Positions 20,301 through 30,130 of a stretch of 64,000 nucleotides of DNA are shown here, in pieces. The stretch's first letter is position 1, and every line of letters starts with the position of its first letter. Origin of the DNA: a virus; IMG/VR virus record IMGVR_UViG_3300012933_000155, positions 1-64,000 of that record, one strand, 5' to 3'. A program made the position numbers and the translations under genes. Under the pieces are notes generated by a model that saw only the letters and a program-made list of their open reading frames with translations, was not told the DNA's origin and did no database searches.

Positions 20301-23300
20301 TACGCTAAGAGCACTAGCAGTGAGAATATCTTGTCAACCTTAGCTGACCACAGCAAAGAGACTGAGATTCTTCGCTCTGCCGGTTATGTAAATTTTGACG
20401 ATGTTGACTTTACTGCGTTTAACTTGTCAGAGTTATCTAGTGCGACAGCAAGCGCAATCTACAAGAATGATTACTTATGGGTCGCTAACCATAAAAATGA
20501 TTGGGACGTTTTCTCTCCTACATCAATCATAAACAACAATCAACCGGTCCATCTAATTAACGTTGCTAACAACTTAGACGGCACCGCGACATTCACATTT
20601 GACAATCAACACAATCTAACAACCGATTCGTTGTTAGTGATTATGAATTTTAATTCTACTGTCAATGGCTTCTATACTATTGCATCAGTTACAGGATTAA
20701 GCTCAGTAGTGGTCTCCCTATCACTTGATGGGTCAGTTACTACCTTATCTGGTTTCGGAATGGCTATTCAATTACAATCACATAGATTGTTAACCCCTAG
20801 TGATGTTAAGTATCTACCATTACTAGATAATGAGTTTGTAAAGAACAAAGCATGGATCGACTACGGCACTGACGGTAACTGGGCAGTATATAGCAAAACA
20901 AATAACTATACCCCAGTAGACGCAAGCGTAATTGGTTCGACTGAAACATTTGGTAACAGCGTATCGTATCACCCTAAGTTAGGATATTTCTTCGCAGACG
21001 GTGGCTCAAGAAAAGTCTATAGAGCGGCATACGATGAGGCATTAGGAACATTCTCTACACTGGAAACGCTACAGCCGTTGTTCAACAGAGTATCTCCGTT
21101 GACATTTGGTAAGAAGATTGTCGTTCAAGGTGACATGCTTATCATTTCTCAGCCAGATAATTTTGGTACAGATAGTTTTCTTTGGATCTACAAGCTAGTA
21201 AACACTGACAAAGTTAAACGTGCCGTATACCAACAATATATTTGGGTATCAGGTGGCGGCATCGGTGAGCATATGGTAATGTCTGGTGATACCAACTATC
21301 TATATGCAAGTGCTAGTTCTTATAGTGGTGCAGTTGTGTTCCAGAAGAATGTATTACCGTTCTTAGATACGACAGGTATCTTGTTGAGCGTAGCTGCTCC
21401 AGTTGGCGCAACATCATTTGTTGTTCCCGGAAATCGTGTAGCTGACTTGCCAGTAGGTGAAGACATTACGTTTGCAAACGATGATAAAGCACCAACATAT
21501 ATGTTGGTTACAAGTCGCTTCAACAGTGCAGCTAACGCTACTACATTCTACATTGATAAACCTCTAACCGAAGAAATTAGTGTAGAAACACAAGTCTACA
21601 CTTCATCAATTAACTATTCATTCGTCGGAGCATTCACTGCAGGCAATGACCCAACTGACGGTTTCTCGTTAGCAATGACAACTACTCACAACGGCGACAT
21701 GGTCTTTATCGGTGCGCCTAGCTATGACTTTAGCGAGTTCCAGACTAACACTGGTATGGGTTATGTGTTCGAGCGTTTGTCTGAAACTTTTGAAATTAAA
21801 ACAGATAGTCCACCATTAACTAATACAGTATTAGTTGTGCCTTGGGTTACTTCTGCTGGTACTGTATTATCTATTAACGGTGTACGTTATGATACTGTAC
21901 TAGCCGGTACTCGTGCGGCACCAGTATGGGTCTACCCTGACTCATTAGTTGAAGGAGCAACAGTATTGTTAGTTGGTCCTGACTTATTCGCAGGTGACCG
22001 TGTAACAGTTGATTCTGTAAACATGGTTGAGAAGCAAGTAATCAGTGCTTACGATACTTCTAGTCAAGTGGTATCAGGTGCGATGTTTGGTCATGGTATG
22101 GACTGTAACATAAGCGGAGCTGACTTGGTAGTAGGTGCTCCTTACTTCATCGATGAAAAGGGTGTCGAAGGACATGTATACCGCTTCATCAACGAGGGTA
22201 AGAAATATGGTGTCATCAATGGATTGTTACCGGTAACTCTTGCAGAGCCAGTTGATATCTTAATCAACCACTTTAGAATTTCTATCCCTGCAGGAAATGC
22301 AAAGGCAGTTGCTGACGCAATTAACTTGAATGCGCTAGACAACATTGTAGCAGAGGCAACGGACGACACAAACGAAGGTAAACTAGTAATTAGATTGCGT
22401 GATCCGAGCTTAGGTCCTGTCAACAACAAATTGACATTGACGGTGTTCAACGGTAGCATACTATATTACTTAGGTATCAGTGAGTATACGAAGACTCAGG
22501 TTATTTCTAGCCCACATGCTGAAAAAGGTTCTCAATTTGGATACAATGTTGCGTTCAACGAATACAACTCGTTCATCGTTAGCGCACCAACAGGGACTAG
22601 ATTCTTAGGAACAACGTTCGACTTCACTGATGATGAAAACAATCACAATGATACTGCGTTTGATAATAACTTCACACAATTTGTAGACTTTGCTGACCAC
22701 GCAGGCGAAGTATACATGTATGATTATATGCCTGGATATAACGAATCTTTGTTAAATTCTGGTAACTACGTATATGCACAGGCATTGACTGATAGTGTTG
22801 CGGATACTGGCATTAAGCCAATGTACGGCAAAGCATTATTCTTTAGACATAATAAAGTTATTGTAGGAACACCTGACTTTAAACCAGCAGAAGTTGGCGG
22901 CAAAGCAACGGTCTTTAATAACTCATCTAACACATCTAACTGGAAAGTTGACCGCATAAGCGCTCCAGTAGTTGATGTTAATAAAATTCAGAAAGTTCAA
23001 ATTTTTGACAGTGCATTGAATTCAATGATTGCTCCTTTAGACTACATTGATCCTATTCAAGGTAAACTATTAGGTGCAGTGAGAGAGAATATTGACTTCG
23101 TATCATTCACTGACCCTGCAGGTTACAATAGTACTGCGGGTACAGGAAATATCGCTTGGGGTAAAATGAATGTAGGTTCTATCTGGTTCGATCCATCTAG
23201 CACTCGCTTCGTTAACTACCATCAAGGCGACACATCTTACAATAGTAAGTACTGGGGAAAGGTATTCCCTGGTAGCACAGTCACCGTATATACATGGATC

Positions 23301-26300
23301 GAGAGCGATACTACTCCTGCATTCTACGTAGGCGCAGGTTCTCCGTACGATGTTGAGAGCTATTCAGCTTCATATGATGTTGACTCTACTGGTAACTTGA
23401 TTACGAAATATTATTTCTGGGTAAGAAACACGAATGTAGTTTACTCGTTAGCTGGAAAGACTCTATCTGATTCTGTTATCGAATCATACATCAGAGATCC
23501 ACAAGCTACTGGTATACCTTACTTTGCTGCTTTCTCACCTAGCACGTTTGGTCTATATAACGTCACTGACCAGTTAACGTTTGACTCTAGTTTGTATATC
23601 GGTTTCAGTAACACCGTTGCTGATAACCCATCACACTCATCATTCCAATTAATTAGAGATGGTGCACCTGATGATTTCTTATCTGGCTTCCCGACAGCAT
23701 TGAATAACTACAGCGACCCTACTGGGTTGTACTTGAAGCTGCTTGACAGCTTCGCTGGATTAGACACAGCTGGATCACTAGTACCTAATCCTAATCTTCC
23801 ATCAATGTTAAAAATTGGTATCAGCAACAAACCTAATCAAAGTATGTTTGTTGATAGATTGAAGGCCCTTAGAAATTATCTAGTCTATGTTAACCAAGTC
23901 TTGAAGTTGTATCCAGTATACGAATTCAAAGAAGCATCGTTCTTGAACAATGCAGGCGCAACATTTGATACTACTAAGTATTGGAACTACGTCAATTGGT
24001 GGGCTACCGGTTACAATGACAACACTAAATCATTAGTTGATGTTGGTCGCTACTATGAGTTACAGACCCTAGATACATTCGAGGGCATGATTGTAGGAGT
24101 CCAGTCTAACAGTAATGGTCGCAGAGAAACATACATCCGCACAAATAATGAATGGGTCCGAATCGGTTTAGAGAACGGAACTATTGAATTTAGTTCAGCT
24201 CTTTGGAACTATAGCACTAACTCAATTGGCTTAGGTAGCAGTTTCTTTGATACTGATAGTTACGATACATACCCGTCTGCGGAAACTCGTAGCGTTATCC
24301 GTGCTATCAACGAGCAGATTTTTGTAGGTGAATTGTTCAAGTTCAGAAATGAAGGCTTGATTCTAATGTTTGAATACATTCAGAGCGAGAATATCGAATC
24401 ACATAACAACATGCCTTGGTTGAATAAAACGTCCTTCATTGACGTAGGTAATACAGTACGTGAGTTGATTGCGTATCCTAAGTTCCAGAAAGATGATGAC
24501 GAATTGCTATATGGCTACATCCAAGAAGCTAAACCATACCATGCAGTAGTTAAGGACTTCTTCATGCGTTATACAGGTTTAGAGACTTATAACAGTGGTG
24601 TGACAGACTTCGATTTGCCATCAATATACAACCAGTCTTTGTATAAGTTTACTTCGCCAGAATTAGTGTATTCTACTGCTGGTACTAATCAATACACTCC
24701 TGGCGATGCTATATGGGAAACTCAAGAGTATTCTAATTGGTATAGCAATCTTGGCTTGAAACTACAAGGTGATAGCAACGCTGAAGTAGCGTTGGTTGCA
24801 AAATACATGACTGTCACTGACAACGTGATTTTTGTTGATAACGCATACGGGTTACCAGTACAAGGCCTAGTTAAAATTGATGACGAGTTAATTGCTTACT
24901 CTCATGTAAACAGAGTATTAGGTAGGTTAGAAGGATTAAGCAGAGGATCTTCTGGTACTACTATCACAGAGCACTTCCCTACAGCAAGAGTTTACATGAC
25001 GTTGCCGGGTGTCGTTGTTGTAGATACTGGTAGAGGCTACATTGACCCTCCTGCTGTACGTGCAATTATTGACACTACAAAATATCCAGCACCAACTCGT
25101 GCTGCTGCGTTGACTGCCATCATGTCAGGTGATAAAGTTATCGGTGTAACAGTTAACGATTCAGGTGAGGGCTATGTTGCTGTACCGACAATTTATATCG
25201 AGCCAGCACTATCAGTTCAGTTCAATACTGCTGACATCAACTTTGCTGACAACACTATTGTTGTACCAACTAACAAATTTGTGACAGGTGACTTAATTAG
25301 ATATGTTGACTTGAACTACGGTGTAGTCAACGAATTGAAAGTTACTGGCTTAACGCATAACACTTTCTATTATGTAAACATTATTTCTGCATTGGGCGAT
25401 GACGCATCATTGATTACGTTACATAGAGCGTATGCGCAAGCACAAACAGGTGATAATCCTATCGAATTGTATACTAAGAATCAATTAGGAAGTAGTATCA
25501 TCACAACATTTGATGATGCACCTGAATATGCACTAGAGATTGCCGCTAAAGCAGCATCAGTGACTAAGAATACTAGAGTACGTGAACTAACTACTAAGAT
25601 TCGTTACGACCGAACAAGCTATGGATCGACAGTTCAGAACTGGGAACCAGGCATGTTCTGGCCTAGCCCGTTTAACTCTTTAGGTAACGACGCCTCTTCA
25701 ACTACTAAAATATATGATGCGCAAGCTGACATAACTCAAGCTAGTTGGCAAGGTGCTATGTTAGACATCACTGGTGTAAGTGATGACCAAGGTACAGTTG
25801 TTGCAACAGTTGATTATAGTCACAGTAATGGTCTACAACCAGGACAAATCAAAGGCTTGAAGATGTATTTCTACAAGACTTTCCCTGGTTATCAATATGA
25901 TGACACTGCTAACGGCGGTGCTAAGTTCAAGATTTTCAGACCACGTTTCGACCCAACAGGAATCGTCAACGCATACTATATCGTTCTAGAAAACTCTGGT
26001 ACAATATATTCTGACGGAGATGTTATTAAAGTTAACGGTTCGGAACTAGGCGGTAGAGACGGCTTGAACGACTTTATTTTGACAATTCAATATGTCACTA
26101 TCCAGAACGGAATCAGTATCTATGCGCTCGAAGGTATTGCAGTAGGCGAGTTTAAGATGTATTATGCAAACCCTGTTGCGCAAACACAGATTAAGATTTA
26201 CACTGACCCTTCATTTAGAGTACCAGTATTGTATGACACATTCACATTTGGTGCCGGTGATTACGTCTTCTTACCAGAACCATTCTCGACTAGCGCAGGT

Positions 26301-29300
26301 TACAAATACGTTGTTGCTGCTACAGTTGTATATGAGAATAAAGTCTATCGTTGCGTTGAGAGTAACAGTGACATGACATTCGATTACAATAAGTGGGCAG
26401 AAGTTAAACCAGATGACCGCTCATTGAATGCAATTGACAGAGTATTGAGTTACTACAAGCCTACAGCTACGATGCCAAACAACTTGTTGCAAGTAGTTCA
26501 GGGAATAACTTATCCATACAATGTATATCGTGGTAATGCGTTTGCAGAAGACGAGGCACTGCCTCTTGATATCGTATTGAAAGACACACCTTTCTATCCT
26601 AGAGATGTCAACATCACTTCTATCACACACGACGGCATTAACTATATTGCAACCGCTGACGCAGCTAGTCACTCACTAGTGTTGGTCAGCACTGATGGAG
26701 AGATTTGGAACACGTATAAAATTTCTAATAAAGTTTTGAACTTAACAGGAATCGCTACGACTGAATCTCCTAGCTACATCATCACATCTAACACAAACAC
26801 TGCTCCTGTTATGATTAGTTTCGACATTCAGAACTGGGAGACATTGGGTGCGTACACTCCGTATGACGTAATTATTTTCGGTGAGTCAGGCTTCGATAGT
26901 TCAGGCATTCAAGCACCTAAAGGGTCGATGAATAGTATTGCTAAGTTGTACGGAGAATTCTTCGCCGTAGGTAGCAACGTCATCAAGAGTTCTAATGGCT
27001 TATCTTGGGAAGCTGCATTTGACTTTGGTAGCAGTCTACCTAATACTCTAACTAGCGTAGTAGCTGTAGAATCTATGTTCTTCGCTGGTCTAGTTGCAGT
27101 AGGTTACGGTCTAAAGGTAATCAGCGGCGCAGGATCTGCTGCCCCTGTGATTGAGCAAGTTGGTAGAGTAATCACATCAACTGACGGCATTACATGGAAA
27201 GTCATCGATCCCGCATTCACCGGAGAAGAACTACACACTGTAGCTGCCTCAGATACAGTTATCGTAGCTGCTGGAACAAACGGAAAAGTATTCTACTCAA
27301 ATAACGGAGAGATTTGGTATCCTGCAAACGTTAACGGTCAAGTTCTAACTCATACGATTCGTTCAAGCATTTATGCTGACTCAACATTCGTATTAGTTGG
27401 AGACAACGGCACAGTGATAACATCATCTGATGGTATTGAATGGTATCAACATTCTTCAACTACAACTTCGAACCTAAACGGTATCACGTTTGACGGTGAG
27501 TATTTTGTTGCTGTAGGAGACTATGGTGTAATTATCCGCAGTAGAAATCAAGGAGAGACTTGGTTAGATGTATCTTTCATTACAAGTAAAGTTCCTTCAT
27601 ATTCTATTCAAGGTGATGACTTCGTTTCTGGATATGGTCCAGAAGAATTAGTCGCTGGCGTAGTTACTGATACATTGAACATCAAAGTTGTAACTAAGCC
27701 CGGCGCATTCTGGGACAACGATGAGATTACTCAGTCGTTTAAATACGGACACACTGGTTTCGGTATGAAGTCAAAGACATTAGTACCAGACTTTACTAAT
27801 ACATTCAGCTTCGACGGGATGCTAGACAACCCAGTTCAAGTTGCAGTGTTTGTTGAAGACAAGGTTTCTGGTTTGTCTACACGCTTGTATGAGACATATG
27901 GCTATACAGTTAACTGGGTTACTAAGGTAATCACATTAAACGACCCAATCGATTCAACTAAAACTATTCTAGTTGAAGTGTATGACTATGGTAACGGAAG
28001 AGAAATCGCACGTGCTAACTCTCAGAACACTCCGGCAATCATTGAAGAAGAAACTGGACATACTCAATTCTTGTTATTAAATTACACGTTCGTTCAATCG
28101 TTCAACTTACGTAATCTAACTACAGTAGATATTGACCCTGTGATTTATCACAACGGTGTTAAACTTGCAAATGATAAGTTTTCTGTTGCAATTGTTCAAA
28201 ATGGAACATTGATTTCGTTCACTGACACATATGACTTAGAAACAGACTATCTAACCTTCATTCTAATGAGTAGCACAGTTGTACCTGAGTTCAACGATTT
28301 GTTGTATGGATACAGTCTTCCAGAGACACAAGTGTTTGAATATGTTGATTCTTCTGAATTCGAGATAGCAAACTATATCGGCAACGTTAAAGAACTAAAC
28401 TACGCAGTAGTCGAAGACTTCAACGATGGCAACACCTACGCAACTATGGGATATGACAATCCAGGCTTCAGTGCATTCAATGTTGGTGATAAGGTAACTA
28501 TCACTGGAATGTTACCAACTGATTGGAACGCAGTGAATGCAACTATTACACATATCTCTACTGCAAACGGTGGCGCTACAAGAACATTCTCATATGTTAT
28601 TGGAAGCACATATTCTACTGCTACAGAGTTTGGTACAGCGCATAACGGATATACTGCTGCGACTGCAAGCGTTGTAGAAGTTAACGGTGAGCGTCTAGCT
28701 TCTACTGACTATGAAATTGATGTATTCACTGCGACATTGACTGTTTCGGCAGCATTGTCGTCTGGTGACTTAGTTGCAATCACAACGTTCAACGATTTCC
28801 AAAGACAGAATCTAGTAACTACTGAAGTTACTACATTGCGTGTAGCACCTATCTATTATATCGACAATACTACGACACCTATTCTAGTAACTACTAGCGA
28901 GGATCACGGTATAGTGGACGGAGATAACATCAGATTAGATGGTATCAAAGGTTCAGTACAGTTGAATAACGCTACTTACTATGCTAAGGTTCTTTCTTCA
29001 TATACTTCGAACGGTAAAACATACTACCCTGTAGAATTATATGAATCAGTATCAACGTTCGGTGGCAATTTAGTATTTGCGTTACCAGTCTCTGGTTCTA
29101 CTGTTGAAGCATATGACGTTAGTGGTTATCTATGGAAGAACACAGATACTGTGACAGTTACTAGCGGCTCAACATACACTGAAGGTTCTAGAACTTGGGT
29201 TACAGTGAACGGCAAACGGGTAGATCCTAGCAACTTGAGATTCAACAGCAATAACAAGTTAAGTATCATGGCTCCGATTGTACCCACTGACTCAGTGATA

Positions 29301-29969
29301 ATTACTGCAATGGTATCTGAAGCTACTCCCGGCTCAATGATTTACAACGTATCAGTTGATAAGTTGGGTAACGGTAAGATTCATCGTTTGACTAATGACG
29401 TTTGGTTAACACAATCGTTGTTCGCTTATGAAGATGTTATCCATGTCAACAACGCTAGATTACTAGTCAACAATATCGTTGAAAACTTAACTGCTATCAC
29501 TGAGTCCGGCTCAGTTGTAGCTAAGTTGAACTACAAGATTGAAGATATGTCCGGTGTTGTCGTGTACAATGCAAGCACACTATTGACTTTAAGTAAGGAT
29601 GACTACGTAGTTAAGAACGTTAACTCTCGTCCTACTGTAATCTTTACTGCTGGCGTTTCTGAGGGTGATAATCTTCAAGTTACTATTCAAATCGGTCACG
29701 TTGTTACTATCAACGGTGAGCAGATTAGATTTAGAGCGGTTGACTTCACAACTAACACTGTTTCAGGATTGATTCGTGGTATTAACGGTACTGGTATCAA
29801 GAAAACGCACGATGTCCACTCGTTTGTTCATGGAATGAATGATGCGACTATGCTAGATCCAATCTTCTATGATAACGTTTTGAACAGTAGTAACTATACT
29901 GCTAAGGGCGACCCAATGCAGATTAGCGATAGCCCTGCAGCGAAGTTCCTGCAAACGGGTCATTATTGA
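14313..29969 (+). CDS. Giant (5218 aa) multidomain baseplate/virion structural protein
   Basis: Uninterrupted ORF after gp6; contains FG-GAP-like blades (FGHGMD..LVVGAP), seven Asp-box SxDGxxW repeats and FCCH-like beta domains. Confidence 0.8.
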   Translation: MVTRIRTIDFLPEVFKTKTNEQFLSATLDQLVKQPNTEKVQGYIGSKFGYGVKTDDSYVVEKSKSRNDYQLEPAIVFKKTGTNEVIDLMTYEGMIDALRNEGGIVEDNNRLFSNQFYSWDSFTDLDKLINYGQYYWLPNGPESVGVTNASVYFNVTYDVTKGANSYDFAADTVPLKTSNPTLSLMRGGTYTFNVSQDSPFYIQGAPGINGTDPARPNINTRDILGLSENGVSEGTFTFTVPFANEQDNMNFPGNTEVDLVTRLSFDQVHGKPVRELKSIDGITSLDGKTLLFFGAKQDDRGYLGDLFASTPFGVDNPNASSTDVFEDGQYTNIADNIYQITYQGTGLDAVISLVEFHQVPNNQKITAVYGEEFIARTFIKPSFGDLYMIPFLSARLDTLYYQDGSSDGVFGKIRILEQLSDYTIDVQDDIIGQKTYTSPNGVRFTNGLKVNFSGFIYPETYKTGNYYVEGVGESINLIPVDELVVPEPFTENFSSPFEVKAFDLESFGSALSVPTSKDFITINRNSNDRNAWSRSNRWFHYDVLAQTIERNPNSPIAQAALSGTTARANRPIIEFYPNLRLFNHGTEYKAPVDYIDFTSTDALNTIPGNTQILIDGQLSDISDGARIIFAADNNVEVRGKIFVVTNTKITETGPSTIVLSPATDGTVNADQQIIITTGANQGKSFYFDGTNWIMSQQKTLVNQPPKFDIFDSNGISFSAQEYYPGSDFSGCTLFEFATGVGADDPVLGIPLAYSSVENIGDIQFNISLNSESFSFTDGLTSRTFPVSYGYVYKYSDRTTYARQIGWQTAAGPSFQYQVFNYTGTDLLGPDFQCDIIPKDQADSAWPVLVVYLNNTRLLPSEYTVTSVSGKTTVSILSFTSADSVQIMVYSDQVSKIGYYQIPDNFDSNPFNYPVTSVHLGDVRGHFKSICNNRLDLVGDSFGANNYRDLGNVVPYGTKIIQNSGSMGTPAIYLRNKEYNIFDSLSYNANEYIKFKALLVNTVTNGDYNTYQQVDEILDDVLNSIAAIRSESNPFYWSDMVPSKSPVVNKTYPIANVINKVDYPLSRIYSFTKANYYSVLVYVTTTVEGVKTKNQLVRDVDYVVSETEPKVTLTYNLAAGDVVNIKEYDQTFGSFVPNTPTKNGLYPKTEPEIETYTTYLTPTSFIVGHDNSYTKTYGDVVNGELTDLRDKVLFEYEKRVYNNLKVTAKIPLLREDIFPGQFRKTEFSYEEVQQLYATQFLNWAGQNRIDYKSQFYSMTEDFTWNYNQARNKLDNTELKQGNWRGIYIWLYDTHSPDSSPWEMLGYSSKPSWWVSRYGSAPYTSENDLLWGDLEKGFDYNDGASFINPKFARPGLSQILPVDTLGRLLPPSMSTVGYSEAANYNRSWKVGDVGPAEFSYLKSSTWPFDLMRIFALTKPPVFFTQGLDLDSYRYNEEFNQFLVFDRFRAAPSDLVVYGGGTGKTRAEIEGYASHSINSWVVDYLRQFGISGSNDIANMIKEIQVNLVYRVSGFTDKDMMKFYMEKGSPNSKNSSLLIPEESYSILLYENQPFDKITYSSVIVQKTENGYTVSGNSQDRAFFQTLVPKSNGSFEEIVVNSVSIKIPKDASNDVAIVPYGTEFSSYQGVCTFLANYGRFLESRGMVFDTLENNIQVTWKQMVNELLYWLTSGWEVGSIVSINPAANELVVNRTESVVQSLTLSKQNYALDQNLIPIQLKDLGVYRSGTEFRLTALSDKQTISYFSAGLSNVEHVVVFDNTTIFNDTVFNVVTGLRQQRLFVRGIKTADWDGTFDTQGFILNQDNVEDWQENQKYTKGVIVFHKNNYWVANTMIQPNVDFTKQDWIKTDYELISKGMLPNASTRAFESTLYYDAARSNLNSDADLLSFSLVGYRPRDYLSQANITDISQFNIFKDIIKSKGTFNSINILNGAELPQGTVNYQVYENWAIKSAEYGGLVNQNFVEFGLNKQLLTGNPSIVGLTSGYEVPGVQQHVTLNNITNYAKSTSSENILSTLADHSKETEILRSAGYVNFDDVDFTAFNLSELSSATASAIYKNDYLWVANHKNDWDVFSPTSIINNNQPVHLINVANNLDGTATFTFDNQHNLTTDSLLVIMNFNSTVNGFYTIASVTGLSSVVVSLSLDGSVTTLSGFGMAIQLQSHRLLTPSDVKYLPLLDNEFVKNKAWIDYGTDGNWAVYSKTNNYTPVDASVIGSTETFGNSVSYHPKLGYFFADGGSRKVYRAAYDEALGTFSTLETLQPLFNRVSPLTFGKKIVVQGDMLIISQPDNFGTDSFLWIYKLVNTDKVKRAVYQQYIWVSGGGIGEHMVMSGDTNYLYASASSYSGAVVFQKNVLPFLDTTGILLSVAAPVGATSFVVPGNRVADLPVGEDITFANDDKAPTYMLVTSRFNSAANATTFYIDKPLTEEISVETQVYTSSINYSFVGAFTAGNDPTDGFSLAMTTTHNGDMVFIGAPSYDFSEFQTNTGMGYVFERLSETFEIKTDSPPLTNTVLVVPWVTSAGTVLSINGVRYDTVLAGTRAAPVWVYPDSLVEGATVLLVGPDLFAGDRVTVDSVNMVEKQVISAYDTSSQVVSGAMFGHGMDCNISGADLVVGAPYFIDEKGVEGHVYRFINEGKKYGVINGLLPVTLAEPVDILINHFRISIPAGNAKAVADAINLNALDNIVAEATDDTNEGKLVIRLRDPSLGPVNNKLTLTVFNGSILYYLGISEYTKTQVISSPHAEKGSQFGYNVAFNEYNSFIVSAPTGTRFLGTTFDFTDDENNHNDTAFDNNFTQFVDFADHAGEVYMYDYMPGYNESLLNSGNYVYAQALTDSVADTGIKPMYGKALFFRHNKVIVGTPDFKPAEVGGKATVFNNSSNTSNWKVDRISAPVVDVNKIQKVQIFDSALNSMIAPLDYIDPIQGKLLGAVRENIDFVSFTDPAGYNSTAGTGNIAWGKMNVGSIWFDPSSTRFVNYHQGDTSYNSKYWGKVFPGSTVTVYTWIESDTTPAFYVGAGSPYDVESYSASYDVDSTGNLITKYYFWVRNTNVVYSLAGKTLSDSVIESYIRDPQATGIPYFAAFSPSTFGLYNVTDQLTFDSSLYIGFSNTVADNPSHSSFQLIRDGAPDDFLSGFPTALNNYSDPTGLYLKLLDSFAGLDTAGSLVPNPNLPSMLKIGISNKPNQSMFVDRLKALRNYLVYVNQVLKLYPVYEFKEASFLNNAGATFDTTKYWNYVNWWATGYNDNTKSLVDVGRYYELQTLDTFEGMIVGVQSNSNGRRETYIRTNNEWVRIGLENGTIEFSSALWNYSTNSIGLGSSFFDTDSYDTYPSAETRSVIRAINEQIFVGELFKFRNEGLILMFEYIQSENIESHNNMPWLNKTSFIDVGNTVRELIAYPKFQKDDDELLYGYIQEAKPYHAVVKDFFMRYTGLETYNSGVTDFDLPSIYNQSLYKFTSPELVYSTAGTNQYTPGDAIWETQEYSNWYSNLGLKLQGDSNAEVALVAKYMTVTDNVIFVDNAYGLPVQGLVKIDDELIAYSHVNRVLGRLEGLSRGSSGTTITEHFPTARVYMTLPGVVVVDTGRGYIDPPAVRAIIDTTKYPAPTRAAALTAIMSGDKVIGVTVNDSGEGYVAVPTIYIEPALSVQFNTADINFADNTIVVPTNKFVTGDLIRYVDLNYGVVNELKVTGLTHNTFYYVNIISALGDDASLITLHRAYAQAQTGDNPIELYTKNQLGSSIITTFDDAPEYALEIAAKAASVTKNTRVRELTTKIRYDRTSYGSTVQNWEPGMFWPSPFNSLGNDASSTTKIYDAQADITQASWQGAMLDITGVSDDQGTVVATVDYSHSNGLQPGQIKGLKMYFYKTFPGYQYDDTANGGAKFKIFRPRFDPTGIVNAYYIVLENSGTIYSDGDVIKVNGSELGGRDGLNDFILTIQYVTIQNGISIYALEGIAVGEFKMYYANPVAQTQIKIYTDPSFRVPVLYDTFTFGAGDYVFLPEPFSTSAGYKYVVAATVVYENKVYRCVESNSDMTFDYNKWAEVKPDDRSLNAIDRVLSYYKPTATMPNNLLQVVQGITYPYNVYRGNAFAEDEALPLDIVLKDTPFYPRDVNITSITHDGINYIATADAASHSLVLVSTDGEIWNTYKISNKVLNLTGIATTESPSYIITSNTNTAPVMISFDIQNWETLGAYTPYDVIIFGESGFDSSGIQAPKGSMNSIAKLYGEFFAVGSNVIKSSNGLSWEAAFDFGSSLPNTLTSVVAVESMFFAGLVAVGYGLKVISGAGSAAPVIEQVGRVITSTDGITWKVIDPAFTGEELHTVAASDTVIVAAGTNGKVFYSNNGEIWYPANVNGQVLTHTIRSSIYADSTFVLVGDNGTVITSSDGIEWYQHSSTTTSNLNGITFDGEYFVAVGDYGVIIRSRNQGETWLDVSFITSKVPSYSIQGDDFVSGYGPEELVAGVVTDTLNIKVVTKPGAFWDNDEITQSFKYGHTGFGMKSKTLVPDFTNTFSFDGMLDNPVQVAVFVEDKVSGLSTRLYETYGYTVNWVTKVITLNDPIDSTKTILVEVYDYGNGREIARANSQNTPAIIEEETGHTQFLLLNYTFVQSFNLRNLTTVDIDPVIYHNGVKLANDKFSVAIVQNGTLISFTDTYDLETDYLTFILMSSTVVPEFNDLLYGYSLPETQVFEYVDSSEFEIANYIGNVKELNYAVVEDFNDGNTYATMGYDNPGFSAFNVGDKVTITGMLPTDWNAVNATITHISTANGGATRTFSYVIGSTYSTATEFGTAHNGYTAATASVVEVNGERLASTDYEIDVFTATLTVSAALSSGDLVAITTFNDFQRQNLVTTEVTTLRVAPIYYIDNTTTPILVTTSEDHGIVDGDNIRLDGIKGSVQLNNATYYAKVLSSYTSNGKTYYPVELYESVSTFGGNLVFALPVSGSTVEAYDVSGYLWKNTDTVTVTSGSTYTEGSRTWVTVNGKRVDPSNLRFNSNNKLSIMAPIVPTDSVIITAMVSEATPGSMIYNVSVDKLGNGKIHRLTNDVWLTQSLFAYEDVIHVNNARLLVNNIVENLTAITESGSVVAKLNYKIEDMSGVVVYNASTLLTLSKDDYVVKNVNSRPTVIFTAGVSEGDNLQVTIQIGHVVTINGEQIRFRAVDFTTNTVSGLIRGINGTGIKKTHDVHSFVHGMNDATMLDPIFYDNVLNSSNYTAKGDPMQISDSPAAKFLQTGHY
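26640..27570 (+). repeat. Seven Asp-box/BNR repeats (beta-propeller) within the giant protein
   Basis: STDGEIW, SFDIQNW, SSNGLSW, STDGITW, SNNGEIW, SSDGIEW, SRNQGETW. Confidence 0.8.
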
Positions 29970-29971
29970 GT

Positions 29972-29979
29972 GATAAATA
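29972..29979 (+). promoter_or_regulatory. Late promoter GATAAATA
   Basis: Intergenic; 4 nt before the ATG at 29984. Confidence 0.65.
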
Positions 29980-29983
29980 ACAT

Positions 29984-30130
29984 ATGAACTCTAAACCCGA
30001 AGATTTAAATGAAGTCGATGCTGAGGAGAGAGTCCCTGATGAACAATCGGGGTTCTACTTCAGCACGTTCATTAAAATCTACGATCCAAATACCCAAGAA
30101 ATTTTAGTACAAACACGAGGCGATGATTAA
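29984..30130 (+). CDS. Small protein, 48 aa, absent from the ORF track
   Basis: MNSKPEDLNEVDAEERVPDEQSGFYFSTFIKIYDPNTQEILVQTRGDD; fills the gap, TAATG-coupled to the next gene, and its IKIYDPNTQEIL echoes LKVYDPNNNEVF in the next protein. Confidence 0.75.
   Translation: MNSKPEDLNEVDAEERVPDEQSGFYFSTFIKIYDPNTQEILVQTRGDD

Noticed and set aside
14313-29969. Genome-wide TAG reassignment (code 15)
   Set aside because: Long structural genes are intact under code 11 with high coding density; only one in-frame TAG was found.
14313-29969. Intein or group I intron in the giant gene or other long genes
   Set aside because: No C/S...HN intein ends, LAGLIDADG motifs or frame interruptions were recognised.
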